A stretch of DNA of 63,960 bases, counting the filler, from Reticulomyxa filosa (lineage: Eukaryota; Protista; Foraminifera), in assembly GCA_000512085.1 (NCBI GenBank). It is 16 parts of 16 records of this genome, joined end to end, with 100 filler letters (N's around TTAATTAATTAA, not from the genome) between each part and the next. Parts side by side here need not be neighbours in the genome. Positions count along the whole stretch, not along the records: positions 10,260 to 15,945 come from ASPP01008858.1; positions 16,046 to 19,459 come from ASPP01002584.1; positions 19,560 to 30,690 come from ASPP01018731.1; 13 more parts are not named here. One strand, 5' to 3'. The stretch's first letter is position 1; every line of letters begins with the position of its first letter. Below the pieces are notes generated by a model. That model was given only the letters and a program-made list of their open reading frames with translations. It ran no database searches and was not told the origin of the DNA. Positions 11,132 through 22,800 of this stretch are shown here, one piece after another. A program made the translations under genes and the position numbers.

Positions 11132-12250
11132 ATGGCTAAAAAACAGCAACCATCAAAGAAAGAGGCCCCGAAAAAAGTATTAGATGAAATACTCTTTAAA
11201 GAAAATGATAAAAATTCTTCTGAATTTCTTCATATTGTGAGCCAGCCCTTGAAAGAAAAGCCATCTCAAATTATCGATGATTGGTTATTTTTAGGTACTT
11301 TGTTGTGGGAAAAATTTGTTGAAATTTCATATGCGTATGTAAATGTACACAGCAAATATATGCATATGCACGTACATAACAAAGGAAACCGAATGCATTC
11401 GGCATCGCCAGCTACGATAGAAACGCTAGGAATAACGCATGTGTTAAATGTAACGAACGGCATGCCCAATTGTTTTCCAGAAAAGCTAAAATACGCAAAC
11501 ATAAGCATATTGGACGAGGACCAAGTGGACATTTACCAATACTTTGAAGCAGCAGCACAGTTCATTGATGAATGCAACCCGTATTACCTTCAATCCAAGC
11601 ACGGAGAAGAGCAAGATGACGAAGAAAAGGAACAAAAAAAACCACGTATACTCGTGTTTAGTTCCCTCCCCTTGCCTGCTTTTTTTTTTTTTCTATCCCC
11701 TCTTGCAATACCAAAAATGTATATGTATGTATACGTACATGCATAAATGTGTATTATGAAGTGTAGACATTGTGCGGTGGGGATAAGTCGTAGTGCGACA
11801 GTTGTGATATCCTACTTGATGTCTCGCCACGTAAAAATGAGCAATGAGGATAAAGCGGTATTGGAGGAAGTGCGTCAGACCAATCAGAAAAATTGGGAAG
11901 AAATGAAAAAAGTGGAAGAGTTAGAGAGAAAATGCTGTGGATGTTTTCCCTCTTCATGTGGGGCATGTTGTTCCCGGAATGTTTCGGAAGCCTACACACT
12001 CAACAAGGCCGCAGAACAAAATGGCACTTTGTCTTTGGGAGACGCTTTTCACTATGTTCAAAAAAAAAGAAATATCATTTGTCCAAACCAATCTTTTTGC
12101 AGACAATTGACCGATTGGGAAGAATACTTGCACCATTCTAACCATTCTTCTGTCCCCTTTCAAAGCAGCTCCAGTCTTTTGCCTATGTATCGCAATAGGT
12201 TTCTTCAGGATCGAGAAACATCTCAACAAAAAGCATGTCACATTTTGTAA
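11132..12250 (+). CDS. Atypical dual-specificity protein phosphatase (3 exons)
   Basis: Motifs are PSQIIDDWLFLG, LGITHVLNVT, the spliced catalytic loop ILV|HCAVGISRSATVVISYLM and AFHYVQKKRNIICPNQSFCRQL. It ends CHIL*. Confidence 0.9.
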
Positions 12251-15243
12251 TTTTTTAAAAAGTTTTGTAAGTAAAGTTGAATGATATGTCGTACAAAGAT
12301 TACTCAAAATGGGCTTCGCTTGAAATTGATTGGTCAGCAACATTGGGACATCTGACGAGCTTTGTCAATGTGTGCATCCTATGTCTTTTTGTACACCTTT
12401 TTTTCTAAAGAAGCAAGTACAAAGAAAATTTTATGGTTTTTATTGAGAAAGCTTAAAAGCACGCTGAAAAATTTTTTATGAGAAAATTTTGCGTTTTCAA
12501 AAAGGGCTGGCAATTGCATCAAAGATTTGTTAAAAAAGATTTCTTCAGTACAAATGTACATTTTTTTTAGAGATTGACAAAGCTTTTAACAAATTGATAT
12601 TTTCCATACTATTCTAATTGTTTTCCCAAAAAATTTGTTTCGGAAGTATGCAGTAAATAGAAGTTCCTGTTGAACCATAATTATATTTTTTCTGCAATTG
12701 AATCAATTTTTATTTTTTGTTGAAAATTACCAAAAAAACCATTATTATTACACTTTGTGTAGCTTCTGATATGAAAAAAAAAATACTATATACATAACTT
12801 GAATCCTGATAGATGATCACAATGACAAATTGATAAATATATGTTAACTTGTGACCAATAAGATTATGGAACTGGTCACTAGCTTATGCGATAGCATCAT
12901 AAAGATCATATTGTTATTAGTGACTAGTGATATTCAATCACTATATATAAATCGATGTATGATATAATATATTTTTTTAGCATATATAAAAACTTTTTTG
13001 TCATAATTTTTTTTTGTTAATTTTAATAATTTATTAAATTAATTTTGTTATTTTTGTTTGATATTTGATATCAAGTTTTTCATAACTCAATCTAGCGAAA
13101 TGATGTTATTGCTTTTTTAGTTTTTGACTAGTGTATTTTCAGTCTCGCAAAAAAGGCATTGATTGGCTGTTCTCACATACAAATATTTTTTTGTTTTTGT
13201 TTTTTGGATTTCTTCTAGATTCGATTGGGACGCTATAATGATTGTTAGATCTGAATTTCAAAGTTCAAAAGAGCTAATGAAATAATTGATTATTGACCTT
13301 TTTTTTCTACAGTTCAGCCCAGTCTTTTTCTTTCTTCGATCTATTTTGTTAAGAAATACTATACACAAGCTTTGTTTTGATAATCTCTTTTCGTTGCCGA
13401 TTAACTTTTTTTCATGCTAATTTTCGTGATTGTTGCAAAACATGTTCTGCTAATTTTTCAAAATTAACAATAATTGTGGCAATTCTCACATGTATTCCAA
13501 TCGCTATTTGCGAGCATGGTATTTGAAATGATGAAAACATAGAAGATGTATAAGGCTTTGTCACTTTAAGAGAAACAACCCATTTTTGTACACCGACGAG
13601 AATTTGGAGAGCGAATAGTGACAGCTACATTTTTGTTTATCAAGTCTGACATTTCAATGGAATATCAACTAGCTCCATCCCACAAGCCAAAGTTGATAAG
13701 CATGCACGCTATAATGAAAGTGTCAATAATATTTCATCGAATGGAATTGAAATTACTAATTTCGATGAAGGTTCAAATACATTCGTTTGAAATCATTCAA
13801 CTCAATACTTCATAGATCGCACCGCTGCCTTCAATCCATTGACTGCATGTTATGAAGCTGTTGTTTTTCCAAGATTTGTAGTCCTCACTTACACTTCAGG
13901 TATATTCCCTTTTTGCTTTGGCCTATACATTAATTTACAAATAAATAAACTAAATAATCAAACCAATAAATATGTAAACATATTCATATGATTTAATTAT
14001 TCATGTATACACATAAGCAAACAATTATTTTTTAATTTACTCATACTTTATCAATGTCAAATTGGCTGTTGGACTTGAGAAGATTGCATTTGCTGGCCAT
14101 CAAATCCTTCGAATAAATGATAAAATTGATTGAAACGTATAATACACATGGCAAATTTGTTTGACATGTCGTTTATCATTTTTGAGCCGTTTGCCAAAGC
14201 AAAAGTATTGTCAATATGTTGTGTTGTAGTATTGTCACAATGATTCATGATTTCAATACACTTTTTTTCTTTTTTTTCCATTATATTTATAATCATTGCA
14301 CTAATTGCCTTTGCCAATTGAATTAATAATAAGCACTAAAACAATTTATTAGAAGAAATTTTGTATCAAAATACAAAAAATTTCTATATTGCCGGTAAGC
14401 AACCAACTTTTCTTCACCTTTCTTAAAAAGAATTAGATTGTATATATATAATGATAAATTTAGATATACACTCCAAATTACTCTTATTAGACAATTTATG
14501 AGTGTTGAATATTTTTGAAAAATATTTATTATGTTGTTTAAAAAGGTGAAATTAATTTTTTGAATTATTTTTGAATTGTTAAATAATTTGTACTTTATTT
14601 ACACTTTTTATAATTTTTTTATTGTTATTTTTTGTAAAGTGAAAATATATTTTTTGTAACATTATTTGAAAAAATTAAATGTTATGTTTACGAAAAAAAA
14701 AACTAGTAAACGAAGACCAATTAAAATGAGATTGAAATTTAGTTTTTTATTGATTTATCTTATCTTGTATGTGATAATGAAGATATTACAAATGCAAAAA
14801 AGCATATCTTGAAAGAATGTCTCCGTTATATCAGTGGTCAACGCTCGCAGACAAAGTGCTGACAACACAACAAGCGTTTCTAAATTGAAAATAATGTTAT
14901 TGGAAAGTCTTTGGAATAAGACAATAATCGAGATGTTTTCGGCGTGGGCCTTGTAGTTACATCTGACAATGAGAATAAAAACATTTTATCACTCAACAGC
15001 AACGTTATTGAAGTTGAAAGTGGCGATATAATGAACCAAACGGAGTGCAAGAAAACTGCGTTTGAACGTTTGCGCGAGCAGTTTGTCGCGGTGTACCACA
15101 ACGTTGTGAGTACGCAAAAGCAAGTGTGATATGTACATTACTTGAAATTGATGTCGCCAACATTATCCAAATAACAGCCAGTTCAACATTCACGCCATCC
15201 GGCACCATAACAACAAATCTTATTGTTTATTATTATTATGATA

Positions 15244-15945
15244 CAGTAGGATAAAAAAGAAAGTTGACACCTAAAATGCCAACTTATAGAGATAATTGTG
15301 TTTCTCCATGAAAAAACAACATTTAATTAAAAAAAATATCTACAAATCTTGTAGTTTTTAAATATCATTTTGAATTTAGTTTTTTATTAAGTCTTTCCAA
15401 TTTTTTCCAAAATTTTAACTTTCATTTACTTTAAAAAAATTTTTGTGGTGCATGAGTATGATAAGATTTGTTTTTTAAAATTTAATTCAAGTTTACCAAC
15501 GTGTTATATCTTTTTTGGCTTTTTTAACTGCCTGCATTTTCTTTGGAATCGACTTTATTAATGTTTTACAAATATTTTTTTCCATTTTTTCACATTCTGT
15601 TTCGAATTTGTTCCAAATTTCTTCATGTATTAAATAGTCCTTTTTTGTCAATACTTGTCTTTACTATACACCAAAGATTTTCAGTTGGATTTAAATCAGG
15701 TGAATTTACAGAAAATTCATTGTTTTCATTTTTTTTGTTTTAAATATTTTATAATTTTTTCCGATTTATGGCATGTTGGATTATCTTGCTGAAAATCCAA
15801 TTCTCTTTATTTACTAAGCAGCAATTGACGCTCTTTATATTTCGTCAGATAAAACTTCGTTATATATATATCAGTATTTACTCCATATAAGCGTAATTTA
15901 TTCATAATGCTCCAAAACATGACTAGACTAAATGATTCCACCAAC
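15244..15945 (-). mobile_element. Tc1-like DNA transposon remnant, truncated by contig end; same family as 28421-29346
   Basis: Begins TA|CAGTAGGATAAAAAAGAAAGTTGAC, the same terminus as the other copy. The minus strand carries the transposase motif SPDLNPTENLW, and the sequence is colinear with the 28.4 kb copy. Confidence 0.85.
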
Positions 15946-16629
15946 NNNNNNNNNNNNNNNNNNNNNNNNNNNNNNNNNNNNNNNNNNNNTTAATTAATTA
16001 ANNNNNNNNNNNNNNNNNNNNNNNNNNNNNNNNNNNNNNNNNNNNTTAACGTTTTTTTGTTTTGCTTTGAAGTGATTGAAAGAATATGGTTTGAATTTGA
16101 TCTTCTCAGTTTGCAGCTGCAATGTTGGGTTTTGTTTGGGCTTTGATGATTTGGTTTTCTTTGCGTTTTTTTTTGTCTTAACTTCTTTTTCTATTTTTTT
16201 TCTCTTTCTCTCTTGCTTCCAGATTTTGGCGGATTTGCACAGCAGACACATCTTGAAAGCGTGGGCTTCAGAAAACTACCATAAAACCATCTCTTCTCTT
16301 TTTTTTATCTCTTTCAATCCAATTGGCAAACCAATTACATTGCCGTATATTCAACAACCTTTATCTTTTTATCGTGTTCAGGTATTCTATTTCGCGCATA
16401 TCAACATTTAATTTGATAAATTATCATTATGATTATTACAACAACGTCTGACCATATTGAACCCTTCAAAAGAACCGTACTACAATGACTTGGAGTTCTC
16501 TGTTGAGCTGCTTTACCAGCTTCTTTTAGAAGTGTTTTTAAAACAGGTCGATGGGGAATACGTAATTGAAGTTTCTCATTTAATAAATTTTTTTTGGCCT
16601 GTCTCTGTATTCCTGACATATTATTAAAA

Positions 16630-17750
16630 ATGGTGCTAGGAAATTGCACAAAAAGTGGAGATAATATGGACATAGGATATCCTGGAATATCATTGATAAC
16701 CGGGGTGATATTCGTTCCGTTGCAAGCGTTGATCGCTGTGTACGTGTTGTACCACTTACTAAATAGTCGGACGAAAACGCGGTCCATTTTGCAAAAATTA
16801 GCAGCGATGCAAAATCTTTCGGCAATATATGTTCGAATTGCAATATTTATAATATCAATTGGGAATCAACTATCGGATTGGAGTACCGAGACTTCCTTTT
16901 ATTGTACTTTTTCATACTTGGCAACATTTCCAATGTTTTCGATAAGCTTTTGGTTTTTGGAAATATTTTGGTTGGAAAGACTTCGAAGAGTGTTCAAAAC
17001 TTCGATATTCGAAGTAGATGGACGTTTCGTTGTGTACTTTTACGTATTATTTACAGGCATCGCGTTGTCAACAATTGTATGTTATATCTTTGCTGCTGTT
17101 CAAAGCGATTGTGTGACACCATATAAAAGTGGTGATTTTAATCCCTTTGGAAACAAAGATAACATTTTTCATTCGTGTGGAACTCGCCATCCGGGAATAG
17201 TATTGCTTGCTTCAGGAGTTGGTGCGAGACTTTTTAAAAAAATATTTTTATTGATGCACTTGATTTGCTCTGTTCGGAGTCCAAACACAAATGAATTGAA
17301 TTTTTTTTTTAAAAAAAAAAAGGAATGCTTGGTATTATATTCGCGAGTGCAACCTTGTCATATATGTTTATTCGACGACTGCTCGCATTGCAGAAGATGA
17401 GTAATAACGTTTTGACGGCGGACAAGGAGAATAGTTATGACACAACGCAGATGCTTCGTTCGCAAATACAAAAATGTGCAGTTACTGCATTGCTCAGTAT
17501 CACCGTTACTGTCGCTAGTGTAACCGCTCAAGCCTTTTGGGGCAATTTGTCATATCCGTTATCTTATATTAACGGCACGGTCAATGCTTTTTGCGTCCTT
17601 TGCTCCTTCAAATTTGGAGAACCTCTCTACCAACGCTGTTTCTTTTGTTGTGCTTATCACGACAATACTCCTCCTTCTCCTTATCAAAATGCTCTTACAC
17701 TGGCATCTGTTGACCACAAAAGCAATAGTGTGACCGATCGAAGTGTATAA
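16630..17750 (+). CDS. Seven-transmembrane GPCR-like protein (2 exons, intron 17222-17322)
   Basis: The spliced product has 7 hydrophobic segments, WLERL at the end of TM3, and a helix-8-like EPLYQRCFFCC. Confidence 0.7.
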
Positions 17751-18346
17751 ATAAAATTTTCTATTATTGTTTTTCTTTTTTCTTTTTAATATATTGTCTA
17801 TTCAGCGAAAGTTGCGAAGTTCAATTTTTTCCTTGTTTTGAGCGATGTTTATATGCAAGAATTATCATGTAACTAATATACAATCCCTGGTAACATCACT
17901 TTTGCACATAACGTATACATAATGATATTTGGAACATTTTGTCTGAAAAATCACAAAACCTTCTGCCACGTATCGACTGTCTCTTTTTCACTCTTTATTC
18001 ACCAGCATTTAGTATTTTGCACAAAAAATAAAATCACCAGACCGACTGTAACAAAAGAGGAAAAAAACGAATAAAAAATAGATTTTTCCACAATCAAACA
18101 AAATTGCTTTGTCTGAAAACAAAGGAAGGAAAAGTTTTTTCTTTCGTATCAAATAAATCCAGCAAAAAAACAAGTCAATATCCCGCTGTAACAAAACAAA
18201 ACAAAACCAAACCAGAAACAAGCAAACCAAAAGCGCGACACACAAAAAAAAAAAAAATTTTTTTGATGTATACAGTACCACTGAAATTTGTATGGTATAA
18301 AAAAGGAAGTTAGAAATTTTTTTTTTTTTTTTGAAATTTACAATGT

Positions 18347-19400
18347 TCATTTCGTTGTGTCCTCTGGCTTAGCAAAAGAAGTTTGAGCTTGAAGAGGACC
18401 TTCACCTTTATCAATGGTGAGCATTTCAATGTTCGATTGCAAGAAATTTCGATTTTGATGTGGATCATTAGCAGCGGCGCTATTCTTATGATTATCATTA
18501 GCATTACCGTCGTTGTTGTCATCACCGTCATCATCATTGTCTGTAATCATAGTGCTTTCAAGGCTTAAATCTTCAATTTCCGGGGCGTACGACAGCCTCC
18601 AAACAGAGCGTATTTTTTTGCCAAATTCTTGTTTGGTGATCGAGTCCTGAAGTAAAGCACAAGCCAACCTGCCATCAACTTTGCTCGAAAAGATGCTGAA
18701 TTTGATTTTAAACCCGTGAGGGGTGACAATAGGAAATTGCACTTCGACAGCTCTGGGATCGATGGAAACAATTTCAGCCAGCATATCGCGGAAAGCATAA
18801 GTGCTAATCTGCAATCGTTTTTTGTTATCATAGATTTCCCTCGACTTCACATGCATCAATATCGTGGACGAGTCGATATACTTGCCTGTATTTTTGTCTT
18901 TCAAAACCGCAAACAATCGCTTCGAGCTATAAAAGTCGAGAGCCGTTGCACCAACGGATAAAAGCGACGACACAAATGCAAAGGCGGTGATCGAGTCCAG
19001 TTGAAAGTGTTGGTGCGCCAGGAAGTACAACTGAATGACCAACTGCGGAAGATTTTGTGTGATCACTGATGCAAACAATCGATTTTGGTTGAATTTTTTC
19101 AGGTGTCTTTCTGTTAGCCCCATGCAAAAGAAGTCGAACCCAAACAAAAAACTATTCGCCAATTCCACCGTTCCAAACGCACTTCCTGACAATGCCGTAC
19201 ATGCGTACAGTAAACGTTGCCACGTTAAAAACCATTGATACACGCGCTCACGTACCGTAAAATCACGCGTCCACTTGCTTTGATACCGCGACAGTGACAT
19301 CAAGTTCGATAGCCACGCGATCATCAAAAAGCATATTGACAGATAAAACAGCCAAAGCAAGTCGGGATAGTTCAGCAAATTCAAATCAAAGATTAAATTT
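18347..19400 (-). CDS. Polytopic membrane protein, C-terminal part, with XK-related-like motif
   Basis: A 345-aa open frame with several TM segments, the motifs QNLPQLVIQLYFL and FVSSLLSV, and a soluble C-terminal domain with an acidic tail. Confidence 0.6.
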
Positions 19401-19428
19401 GCATAAAAATCCCACGCATATAAGCCTT

Positions 19429-19459
<31 letters not shown>

Positions 19460-19823
19460 NNNNNNNNNNNNNNNNNNNNNNNNNNNNNNNNNNNNNNNNN
19501 NNNTTAATTAATTAANNNNNNNNNNNNNNNNNNNNNNNNNNNNNNNNNNNNNNNNNNNNTTTTTGGGTCATAACAACCATATCAATGGGGTGTTGACACG
19601 AGTCGGAATGAGTTGAGTCCCTTTGAATCTCTTTTTTTTTTTTTTTTTTTGTCAAAAAAAAAACGACGTACACACTGTTGTTGCCATATTTTCTTACTGA
19701 GAGTGTTGCTTATGAATTTTCTTGAATGTACAACAATGGAAATCAGAATTTTTTTTTTGATGGCGCAGCTGCTACTCTCCATACCCCCTCATTTCCCATT
19801 ATGTGTTTTTGTGAACGGAACAG

Positions 19824-22800
19824 ATGATCATGAAGACGAAGCACAGTCGTCAGGGGCGTCATCTCCAGATCACGCACATTCCCGAACCAATACCAGGAGC
19901 ACAGCGTTTGGAATTTCCAATGGAAACCCAGCTTTCACAAAGCAGCCGACAGAAACATTTCGAGGTATGTAGGAAAATTGTTGCCTTCAATCATGCCGAT
20001 CGGCATTTTCATATGCGTACAAACAAATAAAGAAGTATATGTATATCTTCAATTAAAAAGGTCATGACCGTCAGTTCCTCTAATTTTTTTTTAATAAAAA
20101 TTTGTGATCGTTTTTTTCTGGATCCCCCCCCCCCTTCCATACAAAAAGAGAGAAAAAGGGGAGGAAAGAAGAAAAAAATAAAAATAAAAAAAAAGGGGAT
20201 AAATTTGGAAATGTAAACAACAGATTTCAACCGTTCACCCGGAGATGGTTCGAATCTTACAGGGACAAAGGGCATCGGCAGCGGTGTGAGCAATGGCAGC
20301 GGTGGAGGTGGGCATATGGCGAATGAGAGTGTAGGGAGCATGATATCGACCAGTCGCATCGGGAAGTTTCCAAGAGTGAAAAGTGCCAATGCGATCAACA
20401 GTATTTTCCCGGATATGAGACCAGAAGAAAGCTTGGCGGAGAGAGGACAAAAGGGAGTTGTGAACAACAACGACGCTGGCAATCAGGCCAATTTCAAAGC
20501 GCAGGTAGGAAGTGGGTATGTGGAGAAAGCGCGCGAAAGCGAACAACGCCAATTTCCACGTCATCGAACAAGCGTTTCCAATTCCTCTTCCTCATCGCAA
20601 TTGTTGAATCGTCGCACTTCCAGAGAAATGGAAGAAGCACTAAACAAGGGTGACTTAAAAGGTATTACTGATGCGTATTTGGAACAAGAACTTACCAAAA
20701 TACAAACGCGGCTTCAACAAAGGCAAAGTGCCACAACCATCGACCAACTAAACAGTAGAGTGTTTTTTTTTTTTTTTTAAAAAAAAAAAAGGGAGAGGGG
20801 CGAGTGGAGAAAGCATGTGTGTGAGATAAAGATAAAAATATAGATAAATTAGGGATAACATAGAAATGTCAAAATTGTATCCGATTTTAAATTTTTGAGT
20901 ATGCCACACACATACACACTGACACAGGTTCTCAAGGAGCAGGCGAGAGAAAACTCAGCCTAAAGGGTCCCAAAGGAGATTCGGGGAAGAGCCAGACCGA
21001 AGCAGTGCCGGCGAAACAGCCGCGACGTCCAATGTCCACAAGGATGAGAGATATGAGAGATCAAAATCATCTCAAAAATCGCGGCTTCTTTGGCAAGAAC
21101 AATCTTTACCGAGCTGATGAGCCTCTGTATGTGTGTGAATGTGTATTGAAGAGAAGCAAAACATACATTGTAAATATATTTTTGATATAGCCATCGTTCA
21201 CTCACTAATTATTTATTTATTATTTTTTGTAATATTCTTTTGTATCAGAATGGCCTTTTTTTTGCTTGTTTTGCTTGGAGAAGAGAAGAAAGGGTCACCC
21301 ATGTACCTCATAATACACTGGTCGGGATCAATTTGGATGATACAAGCCAAAGCAAACATGCCGCCTCCAACAGCACCTTGAATGAAATTGAGATAATTGA
21401 TGACGAAGAGTTAGTATCATCCAACAACGTGCAACACAAGGGGTCATTGGATCAAGACGAGGAATCAAGTCAAGTGAGTGGGGACAGACAAGCGAAATTT
21501 TTGAACGTGTTTCCTCCAATGATAAGATCGTCGAGTGACCCAGGTTTGGACGATGCTCCACCTGTGTATCGCGAATCAATCATTACTCCGATGCACTCAC
21601 GTGCACCGACAATGGCACAGCCACCCGCACCCGCAGTAGCCTCGATTCCAATAATGTCTGCAGGACATTCTCTGATGACGGAACAGCAAAAGTCGGTTGT
21701 CGAAAAAGGGATCGAGCGCATCAAAAATCGGAAGATGAACCAAAAGAATAATGAGCAAGGGAGGAACACGTTTGGAGGAAGCTCCACCGCCGCAGCAGAA
21801 GCGGTGGCCATGGCAAATGCGACAAAAAAGAGAGAGCGTGCACAGCGGGCCCTATCTTTCAAACGGAAGCAAGAGGACAAGAAAATGTTATTGGATCGGC
21901 TGTGGACGAAGCGAGGGTCGGTGCAAAGCATGGGCGCTCCAGCCACAGACATACGAAATCGAGTAAGCAAAACGATGAGTGACGGGACATCCACACAGTC
22001 GTCGAGCGCACGCACCACGCAATTGTATTCCCTTCCTAGTCGAACCCAAAAAGCCAAATCCGTACTTTTGACCGTGCCCCCACATTCCAAAAGTGCCAAA
22101 CACGGTCCTGTCGAAAACAATGGTATCAACAACAATGCTATTAATAATAGTAATAATAATAACAATAATAATAATATTAATAATAATAATAATAATAATA
22201 TTAATAATAATAATAATATTAATAATAATAACGTGCTCATGTCACCAATGACAATGACTGCAAAGAGCGACAGCTCTTACACGAGCAATGGCAGAGAAGA
22301 CATGTCCGTCTCTCCAATGTCTCTCCCTGACAATCGCAAGCCACCTGACGTCGTGTTTTTGTCACTCTCCTCGGGGTCGGGTAAAAGTAGAGACAAAGGC
22401 AGAAAGTCCAATTTGGAACACTTGAAGCAGCACTTGATGCGAGCACAACAGGAAAGCGGCGGGGTCAAGTCCAAACCACAAGCTGCAAGCACCTCAGTCA
22501 ACAGACCATCTGCAGAAACCGATGCCCAAGAAAAACCCAAGTACATGTATCGTAGCTCCACGCCGCGAGGAAGCAGCAACCGTGGCATGCCTCTGGACTC
22601 GCAGACTCATTCCATGCCCACTGCACTGGACTTGTCCTCACGTCCACACGACGACGCGCATGCAAACGACGCCAGAACCAATCTCAACCAAATGCTTTCG
22701 CCAAATTTGAGGCCTGGCCATAATGTGACCGACGCCAACGGTATATCAGATGGTGACGCCAAAGTGCCACAGCTCAAAGAGCTCGAGGAATGGAAAAAGA

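Noticed and set aside
16480-16600. RPEL-like text LNEKLQLRIPHRPVLKTL on the minus strand
   Set aside because: The spacing is wrong, EL is absent, and the ORF is antisense to the 7TM gene and its upstream region. This is likely a chance match.
21470-22240. Long antisense ORFs over the formin, RT and low-complexity genes (also 3973-4323, 57887-58279)
   Set aside because: These are shadow frames of real coding strands and trinucleotide repeats.
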